Origin: Planctomycetota bacterium
Lineage (GTDB): Bacteria; Planctomycetota; B15-G4; SIAN01
Assembly: GCA_031409275.1 (NCBI GenBank)
Contig: JANNXA010000022.1
Location: forward strand, 192,001-256,000
Reading direction: 5' to 3'
Length of the DNA stretch: 64,000 bases
The notes below the pieces were generated by a model. It ran no database searches and was not told the DNA's origin. It worked only from the letters and a program-made list of their open reading frames with translations. The translations under genes were made by a program, and so were the position numbers. Every line of letters starts with the position of its first letter. Position 1 is the stretch's first letter. Positions 44,701 through 53,571 of the stretch are shown here, in pieces.

Positions 44701-45368
44701 GTGATCTGCTCCACCTGTCGTACGGACAGAGCTCGATCTACAAGGTGATGAAGGAGGAGGTCGACGGCCAGGTGCAGGGAGGCGTCTTCCGGCTGCCGGT
44801 CACGCTCGGCTCGAGCGCGATGCGGGCGCGCTTCAATCCGCTCGATGGTCAGCTCTACGTCTGCGGGTTGAAGGGGTGGCAAACCAACGCGGCGCGCCTC
44901 TCTGCCTTTCAGCGCGTGCGCTACACCGGCGCGCCGGTGCGCCTGCCGAAGTCGCTGTCGGCGTGTGAGGGTGGGCTCCTCGTCGAGTTCACCTGCCCGC
45001 TCGACCAGACGCTCGCCGCCGACGTGCAGAGCTATGCGCTCGAGCAATGGAACTACGTCTGGGGCCCGATGTACGGCTCGCCCGAAGTGTCAGTGCGACA
45101 CCCTGATCCGAAGTTCCTCGAGAGCGCGCAGTCGACGGAGCAGCAGTCGTTCCAGCAGCACGACAAGGTGGCGATCACCGCGGTACGGCTGCTCGACGAT
45201 CGGCGCGTCTTCCTCGAGATCCCCGATCTGCTGCCGGCGATGCAGTGCCAGCTGAAGATCGACGTCGAGAGCGCGGATGGCCAGGAGATGAGGTTCGAGC
45301 TGTTCCACACCATCCATCAACTCGCGCCGCGGCCGGCGCCGGCTGCGGCGGGAAGCAGCGGATCGTGA
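41763..45368 (+). CDS. Large secreted protein: DUF1080 domain, DUF6797-like domain with insert, and glucose/sorbosone-dehydrogenase-like beta-propeller
   Basis: LFDG.LAGW, NSGVFFH, GYEAQV, ALQAHDP (DUF1080); MDYGPF..S, FDTDLL; LHDLDGDGEAD.YE, TGLRAPNG, DNEG.W.P. Confidence 0.82.
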   Translation: MSDSKRICSAWSWLSVLLLPASALAQNSAPQGVSAGFTELFDGTLAGWKANEHSDSFRLDGKELVVHGERGHLFYVGAVNHAEFENFELEVEALTKPGANSGVFFHTSWQAEGWPSDGYEAQVNSTHGDEIKSGSLYGVVKVNPAPTQDEQWFTMNVRVVGRRITTRIDGRIVVDYLEPLATPGPRHLSKGTFALQAHDPASEVRYRAVRVRALPAGDGAPLTRADRASLRRDRPNWWERMDYGPFNTSVVDVSPERSVFKGITIELDPDRSASMTFDTDLLCAAAGWPGPLQLTGTPFDGAHGPQPSVTGTAWFTNPVAAGASHDGNHLDQRAIPSGPMPRARGRYRGLSRYGDDVVLRYDIGSASILEHPDFEANDGVRSITRAFSIGKAPHPLSVLLCTEMGARAELLEGGRLAVLHPASLLPSGNGDRVITLVDRTDAEWSDLAMGAPAAGDLLDRARNPAAKFRVVDGFAAADAQSGAIGDELPRLGDGELPTSADEPGKVAFFDAGTGRVLVELGEERDVARINTYSWHRADRAVQHFTLWGSASAEADPKAPELAAAGWRHLADVDSGPLGEGGKHGSTITNLGGLVGRFRSLLFELPRNHVDQGTFLAEVDLFVAGDPLPALKEPHARGDRRPLTVALVDGPKSARLVREGDQLRLDVPAAALPCSLKVALTREATAPTLRTFAGLAPCADLAAMTRGGPSLWPETLVTKGVQDAGSAAYVVDDIPVPFTNPWAASLRIGGFDFFKDGKRAAVCTWNGDVWIVSGIGGDFGPITWRRFAAGLFETLGLAIVDDVIYVNGRDQITRLHDLDGDGEADDYECFNNDVFTTRNFHEFAFDLQTDRDGNFYFAKAGPVRPGGRGFDAIVPHNGTVLKLSKDGSRLDLYSTGLRAPNGIGVGPDGQVTAGDNEGTWVPHCKLHWLKPGSFQGVVDTAHRSEKPTDYNRPLCWFPMGVDNSGGGQTWITSQRFGPFAGDLLHLSYGQSSIYKVMKEEVDGQVQGGVFRLPVTLGSSAMRARFNPLDGQLYVCGLKGWQTNAARLSAFQRVRYTGAPVRLPKSLSACEGGLLVEFTCPLDQTLAADVQSYALEQWNYVWGPMYGSPEVSVRHPDPKFLESAQSTEQQSFQQHDKVAITAVRLLDDRRVFLEIPDLLPAMQCQLKIDVESADGQEMRFELFHTIHQLAPRPAPAAAGSSGS

Positions 45369-47434
45369 AATTGCGGCTCGCCGCCGCCGCGGCGCTCGCG
45401 CTGGCTGCGATCGGCGCGGCCAACGCCGGTGCAGACACCGCAAGCGAACGCGCGCCCGGCCTCTGCTGTCGATTGGAAGCCGACGGCGGCGCCAGCGATG
45501 CACGCCTCGTCGACCGCGTCGCGTTGCACGTCGAGGCGGGTGCGAGCGCGACGGAGCTGTTGCCGGCGGGGCCATTTCGGGCGCGCTTCACGGGGGAACT
45601 CGCGCTCGATCTGCGCAGCAAGTTGCGCTTCCGCGTCGTCGGATCGGGCACGGCGAAGCTCACGGTCGGCGAGCAGGTGGTGGTCGCCGGGGGTGACGGC
45701 GGAGCGCTCGACCTGACCAGCGAGGAGCTGCGCTTTCCGCAAGGCGCCAGTGCGTTCCAGTTCGACTACGCCAGCCCGCGCGATGGCGCGGCGACCGTGC
45801 GCCTGCTGTGGTCGGGTCGCGGCTTCGATTGGGAGCCGCTGCCACCGGCGCTGTTTCATCGCGATTCGGCGCTCGACCCGAGCGATCTGCTCGACGTGCG
45901 GCGCGGCCGTGAGCTCTTCGCGGCGCGCCGTTGCGTGCGCTGCCACTCCGCCGAGCCGAGCGCTCCGATCGAGCGCCACGGGATGGCGGAACTCGCCGCT
46001 GGCGCGCCGTCGCTCGAAGCGGCGGGCGATCGGCTGCACGGCGATTGGATCGCCCATTGGATCGTGGCGCCGCGAACGTTGCGGCCGAGCGCTCGCATGC
46101 CGCGGCTGCTCCACGCGGACGATCCGCGCGCGCAGGACCTCGCCGCGTTCCTGCTGCGACGGCAGTCGCCCGCGGACGTTCCGTCACTCGCCAATCGACC
46201 GCCGCCCGACGCGTCGCAAGTGGCCGCCGGTGGCGTGCTGTTCGCCCGGCGCGGCTGCATCGCCTGTCATACGCGGCCCGATCGCGCCGAGGCCAACGAC
46301 GACGCGGACCGAGTGCCGCTCCACCGCGTCGCCTGGAAGTGGCAAGCGGGTGCGCTCGCAGCCTTCCTGCGCGATCCCACGTCGATCGATCCATGGATCC
46401 GCATGCCCGACCTTCACTTGAGCGACGCGGAGGCGAGCGCGCTGGCAGCGTTCCTTCTCGATCGCTCTGCGCCGTTCGTGCCCGCGCCGACGCCCGGCAG
46501 CGGCGATGCCGAGCGCGGCGCACGGGCCTACGTCGAGCTGCGCTGCGATCGCTGCCACGAACCGGCGGCGGTGATCGCGACGCCGCGGCCCGCCGCCCCA
46601 CCGCTCGCGTCGCTCGCGGGAGTCGACTGGAGTGCCGCGGGTTGTGCGGCCGAGCCGACGGCGCGCGGCGAGCTCTGCCCCGACTTCGAACTGCCGCCGG
46701 CCGACCGCGCCGCGCTGCAGCGGTTCGCGCGAAGCGGTCTCGCTTCGCTGGAGCGCCGCTCTCCGGCCGACTTCGCCGAGCGGCAGATGCGCGAACTGCA
46801 GTGCGATGCGTGCCACACCATCGGGGCGCAGCTCGATCGTTGGCAATCCGTGATGGCAGAGACCAACGACCTCGTGATCGATGCGGCGAAGCCGACGCTC
46901 GATCAGGCACGACCGCCGCTGACGTTCGTCGGCGAGAAGCTGCACAGCGATTGGATCGCGCGGCTGTTGTCAGGCGAGAACGCGGCGCCGACGCGGCCGT
47001 GGCTGGCGGCACGGATGCCCGCATTCCCGGCACGAGCGGAGCTGCTGGCGCAAGGGCTCGCGGCGCGCGACGGCTTCGCCCGCAGCCGCTCGCAGCCCGA
47101 GCCGGCGGACGCGGCGCTCGAAGCGATCGGGGCCGCGCTGGTCAGCGAGAGCGGCTTCTCGTGCGTCTCGTGCCACGACGTCGCGGCGCGCGGTGCGTTG
47201 TCGCGCTTCGAGTTCGGCGCTCCCAATCTCGACCTTGCCCATGCGCGCATCCGCCCCGACTACTTCCGGCGCTGGATGAACAACCCGATGCGCGTCGAGC
47301 CGTCGTCGAAGATGCCGAAGTACGCCGGCGACGATGGCAAGTCCCCGTTCCCGGCCTACTGCGACGGCGACCTCGCGGCGCAGTTCGAGGCGATTCGTCG
47401 CTACCTCGCCGCGCTCCACGCGCAGCGCCGCTAG
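45365..47434 (+). CDS. Multiheme (5 CxxCH) c-type cytochrome with N-terminal PA14-like domain
   Basis: CVRCH, CIACH, CDRCH, CDACH and CVSCH, most followed by (R/K)MP distal-Met motifs; signal peptide; GTGA coupling. Confidence 0.88.
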   Translation: MKLRLAAAAALALAAIGAANAGADTASERAPGLCCRLEADGGASDARLVDRVALHVEAGASATELLPAGPFRARFTGELALDLRSKLRFRVVGSGTAKLTVGEQVVVAGGDGGALDLTSEELRFPQGASAFQFDYASPRDGAATVRLLWSGRGFDWEPLPPALFHRDSALDPSDLLDVRRGRELFAARRCVRCHSAEPSAPIERHGMAELAAGAPSLEAAGDRLHGDWIAHWIVAPRTLRPSARMPRLLHADDPRAQDLAAFLLRRQSPADVPSLANRPPPDASQVAAGGVLFARRGCIACHTRPDRAEANDDADRVPLHRVAWKWQAGALAAFLRDPTSIDPWIRMPDLHLSDAEASALAAFLLDRSAPFVPAPTPGSGDAERGARAYVELRCDRCHEPAAVIATPRPAAPPLASLAGVDWSAAGCAAEPTARGELCPDFELPPADRAALQRFARSGLASLERRSPADFAERQMRELQCDACHTIGAQLDRWQSVMAETNDLVIDAAKPTLDQARPPLTFVGEKLHSDWIARLLSGENAAPTRPWLAARMPAFPARAELLAQGLAARDGFARSRSQPEPADAALEAIGAALVSESGFSCVSCHDVAARGALSRFEFGAPNLDLAHARIRPDYFRRWMNNPMRVEPSSKMPKYAGDDGKSPFPAYCDGDLAAQFEAIRRYLAALHAQRR

Positions 47435-47449
47435 CCGGGACCGCGAAGG

Positions 47450-48055
47450 GTGCCGCGCTACACGCAGCAGACGCGCTGTCCTGGTTGCGGTCTGATCCCG
47501 GCGCGTTGCGTTTGCGCGGGCCTGCCTCGAGTGACGCTGCCATGGCGGACGCTGGTCGTGCAACACGGCAAGGAGTCAGGCAAGCCGACCAATACCGCCC
47601 GCTTGCTGGTGCGCACGGTGGTGAACAGCGTGATCGTGCCCTTCGCACGTCGCGGCGAGCCGTGGGCTGCTTCGCAGCTCGGTCCCGAACACGAGCAGCG
47701 CTTCGTCCTCTTTCCAGGCCCGGACGCGCGGACGATCGATCGCGAGTGGCTGCTCGCGCTTCGCGAGCGACCGTGCGCTCTCGTGCTGCTCGACGGGACA
47801 TGGCGGCAGGCCGGGCGGATGGTCCGTCGCGCTGCCGGAATCGACGAGCTGGAGCGAGTCGCGTTGCCCGCCGGTGCGCCCTCGCGCTGGCGGATTCGGC
47901 AGGCGCCGCGCGCCGACCAACTGTGCACGTTCGAGACAGTCGTTCGCCTCGCCGCGTTGCTCGGCGAACCGCCCGCTGCTGAAGCGCTCGAGCGTGCATT
48001 TCAGGTCGTGCTCGACGCGCAAGGGCGCAATCCCGCTTGCGACGAGCGCGACTGA
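47450..48055 (+). CDS. DTW domain protein (tRNA-uridine aminocarboxypropyltransferase, TapT-like)
   Basis: CPGC...CVC, H.KE..K.TNT, LFP, LDGTWRQA, LCT.E. Confidence 0.88.
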   Translation: MPRYTQQTRCPGCGLIPARCVCAGLPRVTLPWRTLVVQHGKESGKPTNTARLLVRTVVNSVIVPFARRGEPWAASQLGPEHEQRFVLFPGPDARTIDREWLLALRERPCALVLLDGTWRQAGRMVRRAAGIDELERVALPAGAPSRWRIRQAPRADQLCTFETVVRLAALLGEPPAAEALERAFQVVLDAQGRNPACDERD

Positions 48056-48224
48056 GCGAACGTCGCTGGCGGCGGTTCGGATCCGCACGGGCGCGAGGGA
48101 CTTCGCGCTGATCCGCGCCTTGGGCGGCGTTCCTGCGCTCCGCGGGGGCGGAACGCGGTTCGCTGTTGTCGGTGGAGATGGCACGGCGGCCTTCCGCGCC
48201 GCACACAACTGGGGAAGTCCTCAT

Positions 48225-50099
48225 ATGCGGCAGCGTTGGATCCTGGTCGCGCTCGTGGCCGTCGTGGCCGCGTGCGGCGGTGGAAGCGGTTCGGTGGTTC
48301 GCAAGGGCCCAGGCACCGGTGGTGGTGGCGGCGGTGGTGGCGGCGGCGGTGGCGGCACCGTCGATGTCGAAGCTCCGACCGTGGTCATGGTCTCGCCAGC
48401 GATCGGCTCGACCGCCTCAGGAACCACGGCCGTGATCGCGGATGCGATCGACGGATTTGGAGTCATCGCGCTCCAGTTCCAGCTCGATGGCGTGGACCTC
48501 GGGGCCCCGCTCTCGGCGCCGCCGTGGCAGCTGGCCTGGGACACCACCACCGCCCTCGACGGCCCCCATTCGCTCACCGCCTTCGCGTGGGACCCGTCGC
48601 TGAACGAAGGACGGGCGACGGCCGTCGCATTCGAGGTCGACAACTCGGTGCCGCCGCCGACGCTCACCGACGCCACCTTCCTCGGCGGAGTGGACGACGA
48701 CTCGACGCGCGACGTGTTCGTCGACGCCGCGGGTTACATCTACTGCGCCGGTGGGACCGCTTCGCCGGACTTCCCGACGACTCCCGGCGCGGCGAATCGC
48801 ACGTTCGCCGGCGTCCACGATGTCTACGTGGCCAAGTTCGCCCCCGATGGCAGCCTCGTCTTCTCGACGCTGCTGGGTGGCCCCCATCACGATCGCGCCT
48901 ACGCGATCGAGGTCGATGCCCAGGGTTGCATCTTCGTCGCCGGCCGCGCCGGCGACGGCTTCCCGACCACGGCTGGGGCGCTTCAACCGACGTTCGGCGG
49001 CGACCGCAAGCCGAGTCCGCTCTACGGAGCACAGGATGGCTTCGTCGCGAAGATCGCGGCGGACGGTGGCAGCGTGCTGTGGTGCACCTACTTCGGCAGC
49101 GACGACGGCGGCATCTTGCGCGACATGGACATCGACTCCGCCGGCAACGTCTACGTCGTCGGTGAGGCGTCTCGCCCCCACTACGCCGTGACGTCCGGAT
49201 CCTTCGACTCGACGCTCGAAGGGGCGACGGACGGGATCGTCGCGAAGATCGCGGCCGATGGCGGCTCGGTGATCTGGGGGGCCTACTTCGGCGGCTCCGA
49301 CATGGACGGCGGGACGCCCTCCGTGCGTGCGGGCGACGACGGCACGACCTGGGTTCTCGGATCGAGCCGATCGACCGACTTCCCGGTCACGCCGGGTGCC
49401 TATCAGCTCACGAACGGCGGCATCACCGATCTCGTGCTCCTGCGCATCGCGCCGAGCGGGGCGACGCTCGACTTCGCGACTTACTTCGGCGGCAGCGACG
49501 TCGAGTACACCGAAACGCATGGCCTCTGGGTCGAGCCCGACGGCACCGTGACGATGTCGGCTTCCACCGAATCGCCCGATCTTCCATTCGTCCCCGCCTC
49601 GACTCCGCCGTCCTTCCAGGCGAACTACGGAGGCAGCGGTGGCGTCGGCACGGGGTTCTCCACCAACTACGCCGGGGACGCCTTCGTCGCCAAGTTCGCG
49701 CCCGATGGCAGCACGCTGCGCGCCTTCACCTACCTTGGCGGCACCGAAGGCGAGGGCGCCGAAGGGGTGGCGCTCGATGACCGTGGACGCGTCTACCTCA
49801 GCGGATCGACCTATTCGGCCAACTTCCCGATCACGACCGACGCCGTTCAATCGCAGATAGGGTTGCTCTCGGACGCCTTCCAGGCGCGCCTGTCGAGCGA
49901 CCTGACCACGCTCGAGTTCGCGACCTTCCACGGCGGCGATGACGACGACGCGAGCCGCACGCTGGCGATCGGCGTGAATGGACAGGCGGTGTTCGGGGGG
50001 ATCACCCACTCGTCGAACCTGCCGACGACCGCCGGTGCGTTCATGGGCGCTCCGGGCGGTGGCCCGACCGACGCGTTCGTGATCCAGGTCGACGAATAG
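48225..50099 (+). CDS. Lipoprotein with Ig-like domain and SBBP-type beta-propeller repeats
   Basis: VAACG lipobox; Gly13 linker; WDTT...DG.H.LTA.A.D Ig-like domain; repeated GG...D...D..G..Y..G.T.S.DFPTT.GA. Confidence 0.85.
   Translation: MRQRWILVALVAVVAACGGGSGSVVRKGPGTGGGGGGGGGGGGGTVDVEAPTVVMVSPAIGSTASGTTAVIADAIDGFGVIALQFQLDGVDLGAPLSAPPWQLAWDTTTALDGPHSLTAFAWDPSLNEGRATAVAFEVDNSVPPPTLTDATFLGGVDDDSTRDVFVDAAGYIYCAGGTASPDFPTTPGAANRTFAGVHDVYVAKFAPDGSLVFSTLLGGPHHDRAYAIEVDAQGCIFVAGRAGDGFPTTAGALQPTFGGDRKPSPLYGAQDGFVAKIAADGGSVLWCTYFGSDDGGILRDMDIDSAGNVYVVGEASRPHYAVTSGSFDSTLEGATDGIVAKIAADGGSVIWGAYFGGSDMDGGTPSVRAGDDGTTWVLGSSRSTDFPVTPGAYQLTNGGITDLVLLRIAPSGATLDFATYFGGSDVEYTETHGLWVEPDGTVTMSASTESPDLPFVPASTPPSFQANYGGSGGVGTGFSTNYAGDAFVAKFAPDGSTLRAFTYLGGTEGEGAEGVALDDRGRVYLSGSTYSANFPITTDAVQSQIGLLSDAFQARLSSDLTTLEFATFHGGDDDDASRTLAIGVNGQAVFGGITHSSNLPTTAGAFMGAPGGGPTDAFVIQVDE
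48318..48356 (+). repeat. GGT/GGC trinucleotide tract encoding a 13-Gly linker
   Basis: Read directly from the sequence. Confidence 0.9.
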
Positions 50100-50143
50100 T
50101 CGATCGAACCCGAGTTCGCCGCCGCAGTTCGACTCCAAGACAA

Positions 50144-50174
50144 CCGGGCCACGCGGGAGTGCCGCGTGGCCCGG
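50144..50174. terminator. Perfect 13-bp hairpin between convergent genes (putative bidirectional terminator)
   Basis: CCGGGCCACGCGG-GAGTG-CCGCGTGGCCCGG; no U-tract. Confidence 0.6.
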
Positions 50175-50215
50175 GACGAACGATTCGAGTCGTGTTCAGC
50201 GGCCGAGGCGACCGG

Positions 50216-52633
50216 TCACTTCACGGGTGCGGCCATCACCTCCACCTCGAACTGATTGCCGAGCACCGTGCCATCGGTGACGACGATCTTCGCGCCCGCC
50301 GCCGCGTCGGCTGGGACCGTCAGCGTTGCCTTGCCGTTCACGACCGGCAGCGGCTGAGCGGCACCGCCGTTCAGCGACCAGCTCAGGACGGACGCACCCG
50401 ACTGCACGGTGATCTCGATCGAGCTGCCTGCCGCGCCCGAGGTCGCGGCCGGAACGAGCCCGTTCTCGAGATGGTGAGCCGGCACGTACTGCGGCAACCA
50501 CTGGTGCAGATAGTTCGTGCGGTAGAGCGCGTAGCCCGCGAGCCCCAGCACGATCAAGGTCAAGACGACCTTGGGCCACGGGCTCTTCTTCGGAGCGAAC
50601 GGGTCGACCAGCGAGCGCTCTGCGCCGGGCGGGATCGCCGCCGTGTCGGTCAGCGAACGGCCGAGCGGGATGTTGATCTTGGTCAATGCGTTCACGGCCC
50701 AGCCGTTGGCGTCCAGCATCGGTCCGAGGTTGCGCTGCCGCAGTTTGAGCCACGCGATCAGCATCGACGGGCCCGAAATGGCCAGCATCACGCCGACCAC
50801 GACCAACGGCAGTTGCCAGGCCGGCAACGAACCGAGTCCGGAGAAGACGCCAGCAAGAGCGGCGGTGATGCCGCCGACGGCGACACCCAACGCGGCGATC
50901 GTCCCGACATCGAACTTCGGCTTCACCGGCGGAGCGCCCTTCACGACATCCCCCGCGTTGGCGGAAGCCGCCTGCAGCTTCGCGTTCGCCGCCTCGTCGG
51001 CGGCAGCGGCGCGCTTGGCCACCGTTTCCTCGACGTAGCGCACCAGCTTCTTGTAGGGCGACCAGAACGCCTGCCCGATGCTGATCGGGTTGCTGACGAT
51101 CTTGGCGATCGTCGCGTCCCAATCGCGCCCCTTGCGGTCGTAGAAGAGGCCGTTGCGTCCGACGAAGAGGTTGTCGTCGCTGCCGGCGGTGAAGGCCGCG
51201 GCGATCTGCATCTTCTCGCCGGAAGGGCGCGTGCAGTCGACGTAGGCGAGGTAGGTCTTCGACATCGGCGCCAGCGTTGCGTGCTTGGCGGCGTCGTTCA
51301 CGTGGATGCAGAGGTCGCAACTGCGCCCGTCGAAGAAGAGCGTCCCCGCCTGGAAGATGGCGGTCCGGCGCGCGTAGAAGTCGGAGAAGCTGACGAAGTT
51401 GTTGAGCAGCTTGTGCAGGTCGCGCTGGTAGCGCGCGAGCTTCTCGACGTTCGCGATCGCGTCGATCTCGGGCGCCACGGCAGCATCGGCGGCGATCGCC
51501 TGGCTCAGCACCGCCTTGGCGCCGCCCGCGAGGATCTCGCGGACGCGCTTCAGGCCGAGCGCTTCGACGCTCGCGCCCGCCTTGCTGGCGACCCACGCCT
51601 GATAGGGCGCGAGCTTCGCCGTCAGCGCCGTCCACTCCGCTTCGGTGAGCGTGGTCTTCTCTTTGCCGAAGAGCGGCGCGATCGCGCCGTCGCGCAGCGT
51701 CGCCACCGCGCCCGCCCAGGCCGGGTTCACTCCCGTCACGAGCGGCAGTGCCTTGTTCGCCTCGATCGTCGCGAGCGGGAACCCGGCGACTTCCGCGGCG
51801 GTGATCGAAAGATCCTTCGCCGCGAGTTCGAGGTACGAGGACTCCTGTCGATTGAGCGCCGCCTGCGCGCGCGCGTCGAACGCGACCAGTCGGCAGCGCG
51901 AGAAGAAGTCATCGACCTTGACCTTGATCGCAGCCACGGCGGCCGCCGCGGCGGCGGTGGCGGCGCCGAACGGCAGCAAGTTCTTCGCGTCGACCTCCAA
52001 CTGCTTCTGCCACGCCTCGAAGGCGGTGGCGGCGGCGAAGAAGGCGTCGACGTGCGCCTGGGCGAATCCCATCTCGCCCGAGCGATCCTTGGCGCCACCG
52101 GTGCAGCCCACGACGTCGACCGCCACGGCCTTCGCGGCAGGATCAGCGATCGAGCTCGGCGGAACGATGCCGTCGCCGTTCAGCTTCGCCTTCGCGAAGA
52201 GTTCGGCCGTCTGCATCGTTTCGGCCAGCGTGATGGAGGTTGCCGACTCCTTGCCGAGGCTCGCGAGCAGGTGCTTCGCCGAAGCGAGCACGCTCTTGCC
52301 CTCGGGCGTCGCGCTGTTGATCGAAGCCAGCGCCACGCCGTCCTGCCCCTTGACGAGGTCATCCGCGTTCTTCAGCACCGATCCGAGCCACTTCACCGCG
52401 GCGAGGATCTCGGGCACGCGCACGCGCCCGTCCTTGTCGGTGTCGAGCATCGCGAGGGTCCGCTCGTCGAACTCGAGCCCCTTCACCGGGCAGGAGAGCG
52501 CGACCCAGAGCTTCTGGTCGAGCTCGTGCAGATGAAGGATGTCGGCGCCACGATTGAGGCGAACCTGATCGACCCCCCCGGCGCGATAGAAACTGAAGCG
52601 GTGACCGGAAGCAGCCTTGTCCTGAACAGCCAT
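50216..52633 (-). CDS. Conserved membrane-anchored hypothetical protein with EF-hand-like loop
   Basis: GGVDQV, LDQKLWVALSCP, LDTDKDGRVRVPEI, GRNGLFYDR.GRDWDA, LDANGWAVN; C-terminal TM helices. Confidence 0.85.
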   Translation of the reverse strand: MAVQDKAASGHRFSFYRAGGVDQVRLNRGADILHLHELDQKLWVALSCPVKGLEFDERTLAMLDTDKDGRVRVPEILAAVKWLGSVLKNADDLVKGQDGVALASINSATPEGKSVLASAKHLLASLGKESATSITLAETMQTAELFAKAKLNGDGIVPPSSIADPAAKAVAVDVVGCTGGAKDRSGEMGFAQAHVDAFFAAATAFEAWQKQLEVDAKNLLPFGAATAAAAAAVAAIKVKVDDFFSRCRLVAFDARAQAALNRQESSYLELAAKDLSITAAEVAGFPLATIEANKALPLVTGVNPAWAGAVATLRDGAIAPLFGKEKTTLTEAEWTALTAKLAPYQAWVASKAGASVEALGLKRVREILAGGAKAVLSQAIAADAAVAPEIDAIANVEKLARYQRDLHKLLNNFVSFSDFYARRTAIFQAGTLFFDGRSCDLCIHVNDAAKHATLAPMSKTYLAYVDCTRPSGEKMQIAAAFTAGSDDNLFVGRNGLFYDRKGRDWDATIAKIVSNPISIGQAFWSPYKKLVRYVEETVAKRAAAADEAANAKLQAASANAGDVVKGAPPVKPKFDVGTIAALGVAVGGITAALAGVFSGLGSLPAWQLPLVVVGVMLAISGPSMLIAWLKLRQRNLGPMLDANGWAVNALTKINIPLGRSLTDTAAIPPGAERSLVDPFAPKKSPWPKVVLTLIVLGLAGYALYRTNYLHQWLPQYVPAHHLENGLVPAATSGAAGSSIEITVQSGASVLSWSLNGGAAQPLPVVNGKATLTVPADAAAGAKIVVTDGTVLGNQFEVEVMAAPVK

Positions 52634-52941
52634 TCGTGGGATCTCGACATCGCGGAGACGGGCGCACGGACCCCGAAGATCGCGCAGCCCTGGGAAGCAG
52701 AAACTTTCGGGGCGGGGAGTATCCGCAATTGAAAACCGAGTTCAAGGTTTGTACGCGGCGAGGCGCGGCTGAACTCGGCGCGATGTCCCGGGCGCGGTCG
52801 GATTGCGACGCGGATCGGGCGATCAAGCCGTCAGCCGGGCGCCGGCTCCGATGAGTTCGACACGGGCGACGGCGCGCATCGTCGAAGCATCGACCCCGAC
52901 GCGCCGGTGCGTCTGGCGGACCGAATCAGCTCCGTCGTCGA

Positions 52942-53571
52942 TCAGTGGTGCGCAGCGGCGCCGACCGTTGCCAATGGCGCGTCGGCCTGCGTGCTGGCCG
53001 TCTCCGCCGCAAGCGGGCGGCACTCCGGGGCGCAGCTCTGCAGCGTGAAACGCTCGAGTCGCTCGCCGACTTTTCGCCAGCGTGCCAGTGCCTGCGCCGA
53101 TTCGGACGCAGCGGCTTCGCGTGCCATGAGCTGCAGCTGCGCGACCTCGTCGTGCAACGCGACGAGGCACTGGTGGAGTTCGTTGGAGGTGGTCTGCAGG
53201 TGGTCTTCCTTGCGGATCTGGACGCCGCGCGGCAGGCGCAGTTGCTTCAGCTGGCGGAACACCTGTCGGAAGCGGAACTCCGGACCGGCGATTCGCAGCG
53301 TCTCGCGCAGACCTTGCCCCATCAGGCAGAAGAACGTGCATGCCATCGGCAGCAGCACCGCGAAGGCGAGCAGCTCGACGCGGCTGAAGAGCTCGAGGAT
53401 CCCCCAGCTCGGGAAGCCGCTCAGATAGCCGATCGCGGCCGGCATCCCGATGGCGAGGGCGAAGAAGAGCACGGCGTTCGCGGCAAGGATCACCGCCAGA
53501 CGCGAGACGATTGCGAACTGGAAGCGGCGATCGACCAGGATCGAGCGCCGACGATCGGGCAGCGGGTTCAT
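52942..53571 (-). CDS. Two-TM protein with HAMP-like and coiled-coil region
   Basis: RRRSILVDRRFQF N-terminus; two hydrophobic helices; RIAGP..RF...IRKEDHL; ATGA coupling. Confidence 0.65.
   Translation of the reverse strand: MNPLPDRRRSILVDRRFQFAIVSRLAVILAANAVLFFALAIGMPAAIGYLSGFPSWGILELFSRVELLAFAVLLPMACTFFCLMGQGLRETLRIAGPEFRFRQVFRQLKQLRLPRGVQIRKEDHLQTTSNELHQCLVALHDEVAQLQLMAREAAASESAQALARWRKVGERLERFTLQSCAPECRPLAAETASTQADAPLATVGAAAHH

Noticed and set aside
48179..48196. TGGCAC possible sigma54 -24 box
   Set aside because: No TTGC at the required -12 spacing.
48660..50090. Repeated TTCCCGAC(C/G)AC and CTACTTCGGCGGC segments
   Set aside because: Protein-level SBBP repeats; no RT gene or adenine-specific variation, so not a DGR template/variable pair.
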